The notes beneath the pieces were generated by a model. The model did not search any database, had not been told where the DNA came from, and was given only the letters and a program-made list of their open reading frames with translations. Of a stretch of 64,000 nt of DNA, positions 1-8,763 are shown piece by piece. A program made the translations under genes and the position numbers. Position 1 is the first letter of the stretch, and each line of letters opens with the position of its first letter. Origin of the DNA: an uncultured Nitrospiraceae bacterium (lineage in GTDB: Bacteria > Nitrospirota > Nitrospiria > Nitrospirales > Nitrospiraceae); contig CAVPLT010000001.1 of the NCBI GenBank assembly GCA_963706325.1, positions 512,001 through 576,000 on the forward strand, given 5' to 3'.

Positions 1-2
1 AT

Positions 3-329
3 CATGAGCGCGCATTGCTCCGCATCGAACACCTGATGGATGCAAAGCTCGGCACCAAAGCCGGAGATGAGTTGGACATTCTCACCACCCTCGTGGAAGC
101 CTACGAGGCCAAGCATCATGCAGTCAGTCCACCTGATCCCGTTGAAGCGATTCGATTTCGGATGGAACAATTAGGCATGAGCCGGAAGGATTTGGAGGCA
201 TTGCTCGGAGGGCGAGGCCGAGTCTCTGAAATTCTCTCTAAAAAACGCGGCCTCTCACTGACTATGATTCGTCGAATCCATCGCACACTCCACATTCCAC
301 TCGAAAGCCTGATTGGCACAGCGGCGTAG
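3..329 (+). CDS. higA: HigA-type HTH antitoxin (5' truncated by window edge)
   Basis: Frame open from the window edge (HERALLRIEHL...); DELDILTTLVEAYE and PDPVEAIRFRMEQ motifs plus XRE HTH (RGRVSEILSKKRGLSL). Confidence 0.85.
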   Translation, partial: HERALLRIEHLMDAKLGTKAGDELDILTTLVEAYEAKHHAVSPPDPVEAIRFRMEQLGMSRKDLEALLGGRGRVSEILSKKRGLSLTMIRRIHRTLHIPLESLIGTAA

Positions 330-360
330 GATCACTGCGGAGCATGCCCTTCCCTTTAGA

Positions 361-457
361 ATTCAACATTAGAGCTCAAAACGCGCGGCCGTAGGCAGGA
401 AAGATGGCAGTACGCACTAGCGCTCCGAACGGCACCAACTTTAAGGTGTTGTTAAGC
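361..457. repeat. attC-like (integron cassette recombination site-like) imperfect inverted repeat
   Basis: ATTCAAC (RYYYAAC) at 361-367 and GTTAAGC (GTTRRRY) at 451-457; inner CTCAAA/TTTAAG and GCCGT/ACGGC pairings; 97 nt, between higA and mrr. Confidence 0.4.
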
Positions 458-521
458 GCTTCCTCTGGGGGTTAACTCTTTACATCCGAGTCGAAACTCG
501 TGGTGCCCGCACACATTTCGA

Positions 522-1442
522 TCATTCGAGGTCTTCTTCGAAGAAGTCCGAGTCCACTCTTTTGATTTCATACGTCGAGGCGATAGACACACCCACATCG
601 TGATCAATCATATAACCTGCTAACTGAGTGCCGCCGATGAGGATGATTCGAGAGGAGTATACCGACGCCAATGCATCTCTGGTGAATGTAGATGTGGTGA
701 TGAAGATGCCTTTGGTTGCCTTCATTTTTGACAGCGCGCCGGCGAATTGATCAATGTCCGGGCTGCCCACCGGCTTGTCGTTCCACCGTTTTGCTTGAAT
801 ATAGATATTGTCCAGCCCGAGCTTATCTTGGCGAATCACTCCATCGACTCCCCCATCTTTGCTCTTGCCCACAGCTTGACCAGCGTCCTTGAGTGAGCCC
901 CCGTATCCCATTCGGACCAGTAACAGGATGACGAGTCGTTCGAAGAACTGAGGGCTGCATTTTTTCACCCTTTCGAGAACTTCCGATGCAAGAGCTTCTC
1001 GCAACCGCTCGTATTGGGTTGCTAACGATTCGATTGGCGTCTCGGCAGAGCCTGGGGCTTGGATTTCGACTTTATCCGTTCTACGATCCTTCTTGCGTCC
1101 CTGGAACTCCCGGAACTCCTCGAACTGCGACAGAAGGCTTCCATCGATGCGGACCGGTTTATTCTTGAGAACAGCCCGCCCACGATCAGTAACGCGGAAA
1201 TGTCCTCGCTTCGTTGCTTCAAGGAGACCGGCCTTTTGTAGATATGTACGAGCCCATGAAACACGGGAAGAGAATTTGAAGGTCCCCCCGCTCGGGAGAA
1301 GCTCATGCCGATCCTCGGTAGTCAGCTTGAACTGTACAGCCAATTGTTCAACGGCGACAACGAGCGGAACCTCCTGTCCATTCGCCTCCCCGGCGATCTG
1401 TAACAGAGGAAGCATTAGGGTTTCGTAGTCTGGAATTCCCAT
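522..1442 (-). CDS. mrr: Mrr-family type IV restriction endonuclease
   Basis: N-terminal MGIPDYETLMLPLL...RVSWARTYLQKAGLL (Mrr_N); catalytic DGGVDG...YIQAKRW; ORF track start 1475, likely start 1442. Confidence 0.92.
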   Translation of the reverse strand: MGIPDYETLMLPLLQIAGEANGQEVPLVVAVEQLAVQFKLTTEDRHELLPSGGTFKFSSRVSWARTYLQKAGLLEATKRGHFRVTDRGRAVLKNKPVRIDGSLLSQFEEFREFQGRKKDRRTDKVEIQAPGSAETPIESLATQYERLREALASEVLERVKKCSPQFFERLVILLLVRMGYGGSLKDAGQAVGKSKDGGVDGVIRQDKLGLDNIYIQAKRWNDKPVGSPDIDQFAGALSKMKATKGIFITTSTFTRDALASVYSSRIILIGGTQLAGYMIDHDVGVSIASTYEIKRVDSDFFEEDLE

Positions 1443-1792
1443 GGTCACATAAGGCGAAGGTTGAGCGGGAACCATGCTGGATCAGCCATTGGCATTCGCC
1501 TCAATACCTCACCACTCTTTGTCTTTGAGTTTATCCAACTCTTCAGGGTAAGCCGGAAGTCGAGGCTTGTGGATTTTTTTAAACAGGTTCTCGATTTCAT
1601 ACACTCCTGAATCTTCTCAAATCATCCGTTTCGCTCTACATACATATGGCAGACCCCCTTCTCGGCAATTTCGCATTCTCGAGGATCTTCGATCGACAAA
1701 ACATCCTCGGCGCCCATGAAAGCCACTACGCAAGTGCGTGGCCTCTTTGTTCGATCGCGCGCATTGAGAGAACACCGCCACATAACTCCTCA

Positions 1793-1890
1793 GAGGATCT
1801 GAGGTGATATGCTTCCACTGCGCACGTCGACCGAGGTCCTTCCCGGAGCGCGCGGTCCGCGAGCAAGGAAGCACATCGCCTCGGGTCCTC
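1793..1890. repeat. Long-armed hairpin element (24-nt inverted arms around a 50-nt core)
   Basis: GAGGATCTGAGGTGATATGCTTCC (1793-1816) vs GGAAGCACATCGCCTCGGGTCCTC (1867-1890); 20/24 complementary, mismatches are transitions compatible with G-U pairing. Confidence 0.7.
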
Positions 1891-2926
1891 AATCCCCTGT
1901 CTGGCCGCTTGCGAAGAGGGCGTTCATGATGTCGTTTTTCTTGGCGGGATCTTTTTCGAGGCGGATGGCTTTGGAGAAGTTCTCGGCGGCGGTTTCTCGT
2001 TTTCCTTTGGCGGCATAAATTCGGCCGATGCCGTATAAAGCCTGGGCGTCTTCCGGGTTGGCCTTCACGGCGCGGTTGAACGCGTCCATGGCCTCTGCCG
2101 GTCGCCCCTTTTCCATCATCAACCACCCGAGAGCTGTGTGGGCGGATCCGAGATCCGGGTCAGCCTGTACGGCTTCCTGATATTCCCTCATGGCGAGTTC
2201 AGTCCGCCCTTTGGTTTCGTACACTCCACCGAGCGCGAGGTGAATCTCCGCATCTTGCGGATTGAGCCGCAGCGCTTCCTTGTAGGATTGCACCGCCGGT
2301 TCAAACTTTCCTTGCTCCGCCAGCGCGCAGCCGAGATTGGCATGGGCAATCGCGTCATTCGGATTGAGCTTGATCACCTCGCGATATTGCGGAATCGCCA
2401 TTTCGAGCCGGCCCTGCTCCTGGTAGGCTACACCCAGATTCGTGCGCGCCGCCGAAAAAGTTGGATCCAGCTTTACGGCCTCGCGATATTCCTTGATCGC
2501 CATTTCCAAGTGCGCTGTCCGCTCGTGAATTTGGGCTAAGAAATAATGCGGGTAGGCGGACTGCGGAGCCAGTCTGACGGCTTTTTTATAGGAAGCCATC
2601 GATTGTTCGGACTGTCCGGATTGAGCCAAAAACAACCCCTCCACCAAATGAACATGGGCATTGTCGGGGTGCTGCTCGACGATCGATTGGATCCAGCCAC
2701 GCACCTGGTCTATATCGTCGGCCTCCTGCAGCGCCTGCGCATGCAGCTTCCACGCTTCGGCGAAATCTCCCCGAAGCAGACGTGTCACATTCAGCGCAAA
2801 ATACGGACGCGGATCCTTCTCGCCGGCCGTCTCCGCCGCCCCGATCCAGGTCGCAGCCTCCTGCCCAAGCCGGTCCCAGTCGCCTGCCTGCAGAGCCGAT
2901 TCAATAAGGTGCTGGAGATCGTTCAT
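1889..2926 (-). CDS. Tetratricopeptide repeat protein
   Basis: Multiple 34-aa repeats (AxxNLGxAY...A..Y.EA.KLNP). Confidence 0.9.
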   Translation of the reverse strand: MNDLQHLIESALQAGDWDRLGQEAATWIGAAETAGEKDPRPYFALNVTRLLRGDFAEAWKLHAQALQEADDIDQVRGWIQSIVEQHPDNAHVHLVEGLFLAQSGQSEQSMASYKKAVRLAPQSAYPHYFLAQIHERTAHLEMAIKEYREAVKLDPTFSAARTNLGVAYQEQGRLEMAIPQYREVIKLNPNDAIAHANLGCALAEQGKFEPAVQSYKEALRLNPQDAEIHLALGGVYETKGRTELAMREYQEAVQADPDLGSAHTALGWLMMEKGRPAEAMDAFNRAVKANPEDAQALYGIGRIYAAKGKRETAAENFSKAIRLEKDPAKKNDIMNALFASGQTGD

Positions 2927-2944
2927 AACAAAGATTAAATCTGG

Positions 2945-4426
2945 TCAACGCGTCAGGGCATCCTGAACATCCGGGGGAGTCGCCTGCATGCGTGCTCCAA
3001 GAATCGGGTATTGCTCGGTCAATTTCTGTTTCATCAGCCAGGCGATCGTACGATAGGACCAGTGGCCCTTCACCCCGGAACGCAGCTTCGCGATGTACTC
3101 GGCCTCCGCATAATCCATCTTGAAGAGGCAGCGCACCTTAAAGCCGAAGGGAATCGCATAGAGCGCCGCTTCCTGGCTCGATTTGCGGAGTTGTTCGATA
3201 TCCGACTTCACGTGCCCCATGGCCTCCCGATACTCGCGATCAATTCCCGCCTCTGCCAAGATGGGAGGGGTTTCGAACCCGTGCGCCGTGGTGAAGTTTT
3301 GTTGCACCTGTTGGCAACGTCGGTGTCGATGCATGTCGCGCCACCCCCCGATATCCATCGTGATGTCGAAGATGAACGCGTACCCGCTGCGAAATTCCTT
3401 GATCAACTCGTCGTACGGCCCGCGTTTCTGGAAGGCGACTTCGATGGTCGCCTGCTTTTGTTTCTCAGTCCAATCGCGAACGACGGCGAGAATCTTTCGA
3501 TAGGGAGCCTGCGAGGCCCGATACAGCAGCGTGGTGACAACCTCGTCTAGCGGATGATGCTGGGCGATTAAATCCACCGGCTCTGCGGCTTCCCAAGTTG
3601 ACGGTTGATCAAGACCAGTGCCCTTCATCACCTCTTTCGCATGCCGGGCAAGGTCGCTGTACACCTCCGCCTGGTAGGCATTGGGTTTCGCATAGCGCGC
3701 GAGCGTAGGAGCCATGGGCTCACCTAGTCCGGCCGCCTGCCCTGACAATTCACCCCAGAGATTGACCGGTGCTTTCCGACAGGCGTCTTGAAGCTCTTCT
3801 CCTACTAAACGTAATTCCGGCATTTGAGAGGAGAGCAGGCGCGTGATCTGTTTTTCAAGAGTACGAATACTCACCACCTGCCCCACGTTCGTCTGGGCGG
3901 CCAGTGGGAGCAAATAGCGAGTCACGTCGAATGCTCGCGCGGTGATCGCCCGCTGATAGGCGGCGGGAGTCATGTCGCCCGGGCGAGGCTCCCGTTCCGT
4001 GAGATATTGACTGAGTGGTTCATGAAGGGCGCGATACACCGTGGAGAGGCCCCGAAGAATGCCCAGATAGGTCGCTTCCGTCTCCTGTCCACGGATGGCA
4101 TCGGGAATAAACCAATTACTCGAGGCGAAGTTTTGATACCGGCTGGACTTAGCCTGCCCATCCCAGACCGGTTCATCTTCTAACCGGATCGCGGCGAGTT
4201 CGGAGATCTGCTCAAAACAAATGATCACATGGCCGAGATCCGCGATCGAGCCGTGACCGTAATCGAAATAAAACTGCTCCCAGAATTTTTCAGACGAATG
4301 GGTATGGACCCACTTGATGCTGTCTTCGATGGAATCCGGAGACCGGCTATAGCGAGCCAGCGCATAGGCGGATTTTTCCGGTGGCATCGGAGCCAGAGCG
4401 AGCACACGGCGGCCTTGAGTGGTCAT
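2945..4426 (-). CDS. thyX: FAD-dependent thymidylate synthase ThyX, tandem-domain type
   Basis: YGHGSIADL, KSSRY, RYLLP in the N-half; RDMHRHR and LR...GHWSYR in the C-half; about twice the single-domain length. Confidence 0.85.
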   Translation of the reverse strand: MTTQGRRVLALAPMPPEKSAYALARYSRSPDSIEDSIKWVHTHSSEKFWEQFYFDYGHGSIADLGHVIICFEQISELAAIRLEDEPVWDGQAKSSRYQNFASSNWFIPDAIRGQETEATYLGILRGLSTVYRALHEPLSQYLTEREPRPGDMTPAAYQRAITARAFDVTRYLLPLAAQTNVGQVVSIRTLEKQITRLLSSQMPELRLVGEELQDACRKAPVNLWGELSGQAAGLGEPMAPTLARYAKPNAYQAEVYSDLARHAKEVMKGTGLDQPSTWEAAEPVDLIAQHHPLDEVVTTLLYRASQAPYRKILAVVRDWTEKQKQATIEVAFQKRGPYDELIKEFRSGYAFIFDITMDIGGWRDMHRHRRCQQVQQNFTTAHGFETPPILAEAGIDREYREAMGHVKSDIEQLRKSSQEAALYAIPFGFKVRCLFKMDYAEAEYIAKLRSGVKGHWSYRTIAWLMKQKLTEQYPILGARMQATPPDVQDALTR

Positions 4427-4614
4427 AGCGTCACGAGAATGAAGCCCAACAGATAGCGATCGAGAAGGCGCGTCATTGGCAATAACGTCATCCGGTTTGC
4501 AAGCTGGGCACTATACCCCCCTGCGACAAGAGGCGCAACTCGCGCGCCAGCGGTCATTCCTCATCGCTGCTGCATTAGACGGGTTCTTCGTGAGTATGCG
4601 CCCTCGTCTCCGCG

Positions 4615-4644
4615 TTGACTTGCCCGCGAGCCCACCGCTATATT
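4615..4644 (+). promoter_or_regulatory. Putative sigma70 promoter of hisS
   Basis: TTGACT-18 nt-TATATT, 28 nt before the ATG. Confidence 0.5.
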
Positions 4645-4672
4645 CCCGCACCAACCTCACAGACGGCCCCGC

Positions 4673-5941
4673 ATGACCGACATGATTAAAGCAATTAAAG
4701 GCGTCAAGGATCTCCTGCCGGAGGAATCTCCGCGTTGGCGGTTGATTGAGGACCGCGCCAGACGATGGGCTCTGTGTTATGGATTTCAAGAGATCCGAGT
4801 CCCGATTTTCGAGGCCACAACGTTGTTTGCCCGTAGTATCGGCTCAACTACCGACATCGTGGAAAAGGAAATGTACACCTTTGCCGATCGGGACGGCACT
4901 TCTCTGACTCTCCGTCCGGAAGGGACCGCCAGCACGGTGCGCGCCTTCATCGAACATAACCGGGGAGCTGATCCTCGGCCCCAAAAATATTATTACCTCG
5001 GTCCCATGTTTCGGCATGAGCGCCCCCAGGCCGGAAGATTACGACAGTTTCATCAGTTCGGTGTGGAATCCTTCGGCGTTTCCGATCCGCGTGCCGACGT
5101 CGAAGTCATGTCCCTCCTGTGGTGGTTGCTCTCCGACCTCACTTTGCCGGGACTGACGCTTGAAATCAACAATTTGGGTTTCGCGGAAGATAGGGCCGTC
5201 TATAAGCCCATTCTGGTGGCGTTCTTGACAGGTGTGGCAAGCCGGCTCTGTGGAAATTGCCAGCGGCGTATCGAGTCTAATCCATTGCGCGTGTTGGACT
5301 GTAAAGTACCGGACTGCCGTCAGGCCACCGACGACGCGCCTCGATTGACGGATTCCCTCTCTCCGGAAGCACGGGGTCATTTCGACCGGGTCACGGCCGG
5401 CTTGGAAGCGATTGGGATTCCCTTTCACTTGAACCATAGGCTTGTTCGAGGCCTCGATTATTATTGTCTCACCGCCTTTGAGGTGACCTGTTCTCATCTG
5501 GGTGCCCAGAATGCCGTCGGCGCCGGTGGGAGGTATGATGGATTAGTAGAGCAATTGGGTGGTGCGGCGGTGCCGGCCGTGGGGTTCGCGGTGGGACTGG
5601 AGCGTATTGCGCTGATGTTGCCTCAGGATAGGACTCCTCCGGTGATCCCGCGAGTCTATGTGGCAGCCTTCGGTGCCCATGCCGCCGACGTTGGCTTTAC
5701 CCTCTTGGATGAACTCCGCCGTGCCGGTATTCCTGCCGATTTGGATTTTCGTGCCGCCTCGCTGAAGGCTCATCTCCGCCAAGCAGATCGCCTCGGTGTG
5801 CTGTATACGATTCTTCTGGGTGACGATGAGGTGACAAAAGGCTCGGTTACCCTTCGGAACATGCAGACAAAAGCACAGGAGGATCTGTCGTTGTCGGAAC
5901 TCTCTTCTACGCTCCTCGCACGGCTTCGAGACAAGGCTTAA
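4673..5941 (+). CDS. hisS: Histidine--tRNA ligase
   Basis: LRPEGTA, FRHERPQAGRLRQFHQ, RGLDYY, GGRYDGL motifs. Confidence 0.98.
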   Translation: MTDMIKAIKGVKDLLPEESPRWRLIEDRARRWALCYGFQEIRVPIFEATTLFARSIGSTTDIVEKEMYTFADRDGTSLTLRPEGTASTVRAFIEHNRGADPRPQKYYYLGPMFRHERPQAGRLRQFHQFGVESFGVSDPRADVEVMSLLWWLLSDLTLPGLTLEINNLGFAEDRAVYKPILVAFLTGVASRLCGNCQRRIESNPLRVLDCKVPDCRQATDDAPRLTDSLSPEARGHFDRVTAGLEAIGIPFHLNHRLVRGLDYYCLTAFEVTCSHLGAQNAVGAGGRYDGLVEQLGGAAVPAVGFAVGLERIALMLPQDRTPPVIPRVYVAAFGAHAADVGFTLLDELRRAGIPADLDFRAASLKAHLRQADRLGVLYTILLGDDEVTKGSVTLRNMQTKAQEDLSLSELSSTLLARLRDKA

Positions 5942-5957
5942 CAGCTCCTTTTTATAG

Positions 5958-5986
5958 TTGACTTTCCTTCCAGAAATCCGTAGGCT
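5958..5986 (+). promoter_or_regulatory. Putative sigma70 promoter of the dsrEFH-like operon
   Basis: TTGACT-17 nt-TAGGCT. Confidence 0.55.
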
Positions 5987-6007
5987 CCGCCTTCTGAACA
6001 ATCTATA

Positions 6008-6094
6008 TAAGTTATTGATTCTTAAGCGCTCTTAAAGTTTGTCCACAGACGTATCCTCATGATTCTTAAGAAGTTCGGAATCCTGTTATCCACA
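6008..6094. promoter_or_regulatory. IHF site plus DnaA-box cluster
   Basis: 6008-6020 reverse complement AATCAATAACTTA = WATCAANNNNTTR; TTGTCCACA 6039-6047, GTATCCTCA 6051-6059, perfect TTATCCACA 6086-6094; direct repeat TGATTCTTAAG at 6016 and 6060. Confidence 0.65.
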
Positions 6095-6379
6095 CCCCCC
6101 TCACACCCGAGTGTTGAGACTGTTTTTGAACTCTCATCGGAAGCTCTTACACAAGGGGTTGATCTGTATCTGTATTTCATAGACGAGGGGGTAAAAAATC
6201 TTCGCGACCCGCGGTATGGAGAGCTCGTCGGACGCGGTATGAAGCTCTTTGTCTGTGCGTATGGCTGCCAGCAACACAAAATTTCGACCGACCAACTCGA
6301 CCCGCGCATTTCTCTCTGCGGTCTCGTGGTGCTGTCCAATATCGTCAATGGTTGCGACCGGTTTCTTGCATATACCTGA
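6059..6379 (+). CDS. DsrE/TusD-like sulfur-relay protein
   Basis: GILLSTPP, YFIDEGV, conserved Cys in LFVC, C-terminal DRFL; 106 aa. Confidence 0.75.
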   Translation: MILKKFGILLSTPPSHPSVETVFELSSEALTQGVDLYLYFIDEGVKNLRDPRYGELVGRGMKLFVCAYGCQQHKISTDQLDPRISLCGLVVLSNIVNGCDRFLAYT

Positions 6380-6397
6380 GCATACCCATCCTGAGGA

Positions 6398-6751
6398 ATG
6401 ACTGTGGCGGCAACTCTTTCCATTGCGCTCGTGATTCGCGAGGATCCCCGACTGACACATCGTCCTGTTGAGGCCTTGCGAATTGCCTTAGGGCTTGCAG
6501 CCGGTGAAAATCCAATGACCGTGATACTCATGGGGCAGGCAGTGCACCTCCTGGCCGAAGAGACGGATGATATTGTGGATGTTGAAATTCTTGAAAAGTA
6601 CCTGCCGTCATTTCAACATTTGGCTATTCCGTTCATCGTGGTTTTCCAAGGTCCGCATCCGGACCTTCAGGATGGGTTCGCCATCACAATGGGATCGAAG
6701 GAATCGGCTCAGCGCACCATCGCAGAGGCCGACCGGGTCCTCGTCTTTTAA
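6398..6751 (+). CDS. DsrF/TusC-like protein
   Basis: EALRIALGLAA...VILMGQAVHLL...ADRVLVF pattern. Confidence 0.7.
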   Translation: MTVAATLSIALVIREDPRLTHRPVEALRIALGLAAGENPMTVILMGQAVHLLAEETDDIVDVEILEKYLPSFQHLAIPFIVVFQGPHPDLQDGFAITMGSKESAQRTIAEADRVLVF

Positions 6752-6766
6752 CTGGTGTGACATCTA

Positions 6767-7039
6767 ATGCCTGCTCGGAAGACCCTTTATCTCTTGCGAC
6801 ATACTCTCGTGGATTCGGTGGAGTCTCTGCTGCCTGCGGCGTCGGCCACTGCATCTTCCGACAGCGTCTCCCTGGTGCTGCTCGAAGAGGCCGTCTCTTC
6901 GTCGCCATCGTTTCCAGGACCTATCTATGTGATTGAGTCGGTCTCTCGTCGTCCCACCACAGCCGCTGCGGTGCAAAGCATTTCATACCGGGAGTTAGTC
7001 ACTCTGATTGCAGAGCATGATGCGACTATTGTGCTGTAA
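6767..7039 (+). CDS. DsrH/TusB-like protein
   Basis: TLYLLR...LVLLEEAV...ISYRELVTLIAEHD pattern; third gene of the triplet. Confidence 0.65.
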   Translation: MPARKTLYLLRHTLVDSVESLLPAASATASSDSVSLVLLEEAVSSSPSFPGPIYVIESVSRRPTTAAAVQSISYRELVTLIAEHDATIVL

Positions 7040-7403
7040 AAAAACTCTCTTCTCTTAAATATCTTTCATGTAAAGAGAAGATTCGGAGTCGTCGGAGTAG
7101 GAGTAGGCTATGTGGGTACTGTGGATGAATGATGAAGGGTCCATGGGCATTGACGCTCGAAGAGCCTAGCCCATGTTGATGAGATGGTGTATAAGGCAGC
7201 AGGCGCTCAGGGATAAGATGGGGTCACTTGTGTACGAGGTAGAGTGGGGTCGGTGGGATGTGCAGATGTCCACAAGAACTGAGAGTGCATTCGATTTCAT
7301 TGATGATGAAAGCCCGCGCCGACGCGACCAACTATGTATTTATCCACACCTGTGTATAAAGCTGTGAACATTCATAAGTATATGAATTTGTAGGATTAAA
7401 CAG
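7040..7403. other. oriC: Chromosomal replication origin oriC
   Basis: AT-rich tract 7040-7080; trio-like repeats TCG GAG TCG TCG GAG TAG GAG TAG (7083-7106); tandem boxes TGTGGGTAC/TGTGGATGA (7111-7128); ATGTCCACA 7266; TTATCCACA 7340; TGTGTATAA 7351; TGTGAACAT 7363; directly upstream of dnaA. Confidence 0.85.
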
Positions 7404-8738
7404 ATGTGGAATGATGTTCTCGCATACATTCATGAAAAGGTGCCGAAGCAGGTTTATGAAACCTGGTTCACGCCGGTGGTCCTGGATCGCATTGAAGATA
7501 CGACGGCGTATTTGGCCGTGCCGAATAAATTTTTCGGAGATTGGTTAGACGAGCACTATCGCGATCTTTTGACGGAAGCCGTCTCTGTCGCACAGGGTGG
7601 CGGCCACCTCGATGTCTCATTCGTCATCAACAATAGGAAGACTCCTTCGCCGGTTCAACAGGACGGTGCCGCGCCGGATACCGCAGGACGAGGCTTCGTG
7701 GCTTCTCGATCGAAGCGCGGCGTCCAGTTAAATCCCAAGTACACCTTCAAAAGCTTTGTAGTGGGAGCCGGAAACCAGTTTGCCCATGCGGCCTGTATGG
7801 CTGTGGCCGAACAACCGGCAAAAGCCTACAACCCATTGTTTCTGTACGGTGGTGTGGGATTGGGGAAAACCCATCTCTTAAATGCCATTGGAAACTATTT
7901 GGCTGAACGGAGCGACCTACGCATCGCCTACCTGACCACCGAACAATTTACCAACGAGGTCATCAACTCGATTCGTTACGACAAGATGATCGACCTCCGG
8001 AAGCGTTATCGTAGCGTCGATATGCTGATGATCGACGACATTCAGTTTTTGGCCGGTAAAGAGCGCACACAGGAGGAATTCTTTCATACCTTCAATACTC
8101 TCTATGAGGCGCGGAAACAGATTGTTCTCTCGAGCGATCGTTTTCCCAAGGATATGCCGGATATCGAAGAACGGCTGCGCTCACGCTTCGAATGGGGGCT
8201 GATTGCTGACTTGCAACCCCCAGACGTCGAGACAAGAATTGCGATCCTGCGGAAGAAATCAGAGGACGAGCGAATAGCCTTGCCCGAAGACGTGATTCAT
8301 TTCTTGGCCATCACGATGAAGAACAACATTCGTGAATTGGAAGGCTCTCTCGTGCGCGTCGGGGCCTATTCGTCGCTGACGGGGCAAGTCATCACGCTCG
8401 AGATGGCGAAGAACGTGTTGCGTGACCTCATCGGCGACAAGAAGAAGATTGTTTCGATCGAAGACATTCAGGAGGCGGTAGGTACGAAGTATCATTTGAA
8501 GATCGTCGATTTGAAGTCGCGCCGCCGCAGCAAAACACTCGTGCACCCGCGCCAGATCGCCATGTATCTTTGTCGAGAACTCACCGACGCCTCATTTCCT
8601 GAAATCGGGCGTCAGTTCGGTGGCAAGGACCATACGACGATCATTCATGCTTGCCGGCAGATTACGAAGGCCAAAGAGGCCGACAGCACCTTGCAGACCA
8701 CGCTGGAAGGCTTGAAGGAACAGATCCTGAGAGCGTAG
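7404..8738 (+). CDS. dnaA: Chromosomal replication initiator DnaA
   Basis: YNPLFLYGGVGLGKTHL, IDDIQF, RLRSRFEWGL, GGKDHTT. Confidence 0.99.
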   Translation: MWNDVLAYIHEKVPKQVYETWFTPVVLDRIEDTTAYLAVPNKFFGDWLDEHYRDLLTEAVSVAQGGGHLDVSFVINNRKTPSPVQQDGAAPDTAGRGFVASRSKRGVQLNPKYTFKSFVVGAGNQFAHAACMAVAEQPAKAYNPLFLYGGVGLGKTHLLNAIGNYLAERSDLRIAYLTTEQFTNEVINSIRYDKMIDLRKRYRSVDMLMIDDIQFLAGKERTQEEFFHTFNTLYEARKQIVLSSDRFPKDMPDIEERLRSRFEWGLIADLQPPDVETRIAILRKKSEDERIALPEDVIHFLAITMKNNIRELEGSLVRVGAYSSLTGQVITLEMAKNVLRDLIGDKKKIVSIEDIQEAVGTKYHLKIVDLKSRRRSKTLVHPRQIAMYLCRELTDASFPEIGRQFGGKDHTTIIHACRQITKAKEADSTLQTTLEGLKEQILRA

Positions 8739-8763
8739 GCGCATTCTTTAGGGAGAGTTCGAC

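Noticed and set aside
1510..1605. Minus-strand coding-like fragment VYEIENLFKKIHKPRLPAYPEELDKLKDKEW upstream of mrr
   Set aside because: Only about 31 codons, poor start context and no recognisable family; probably a remnant
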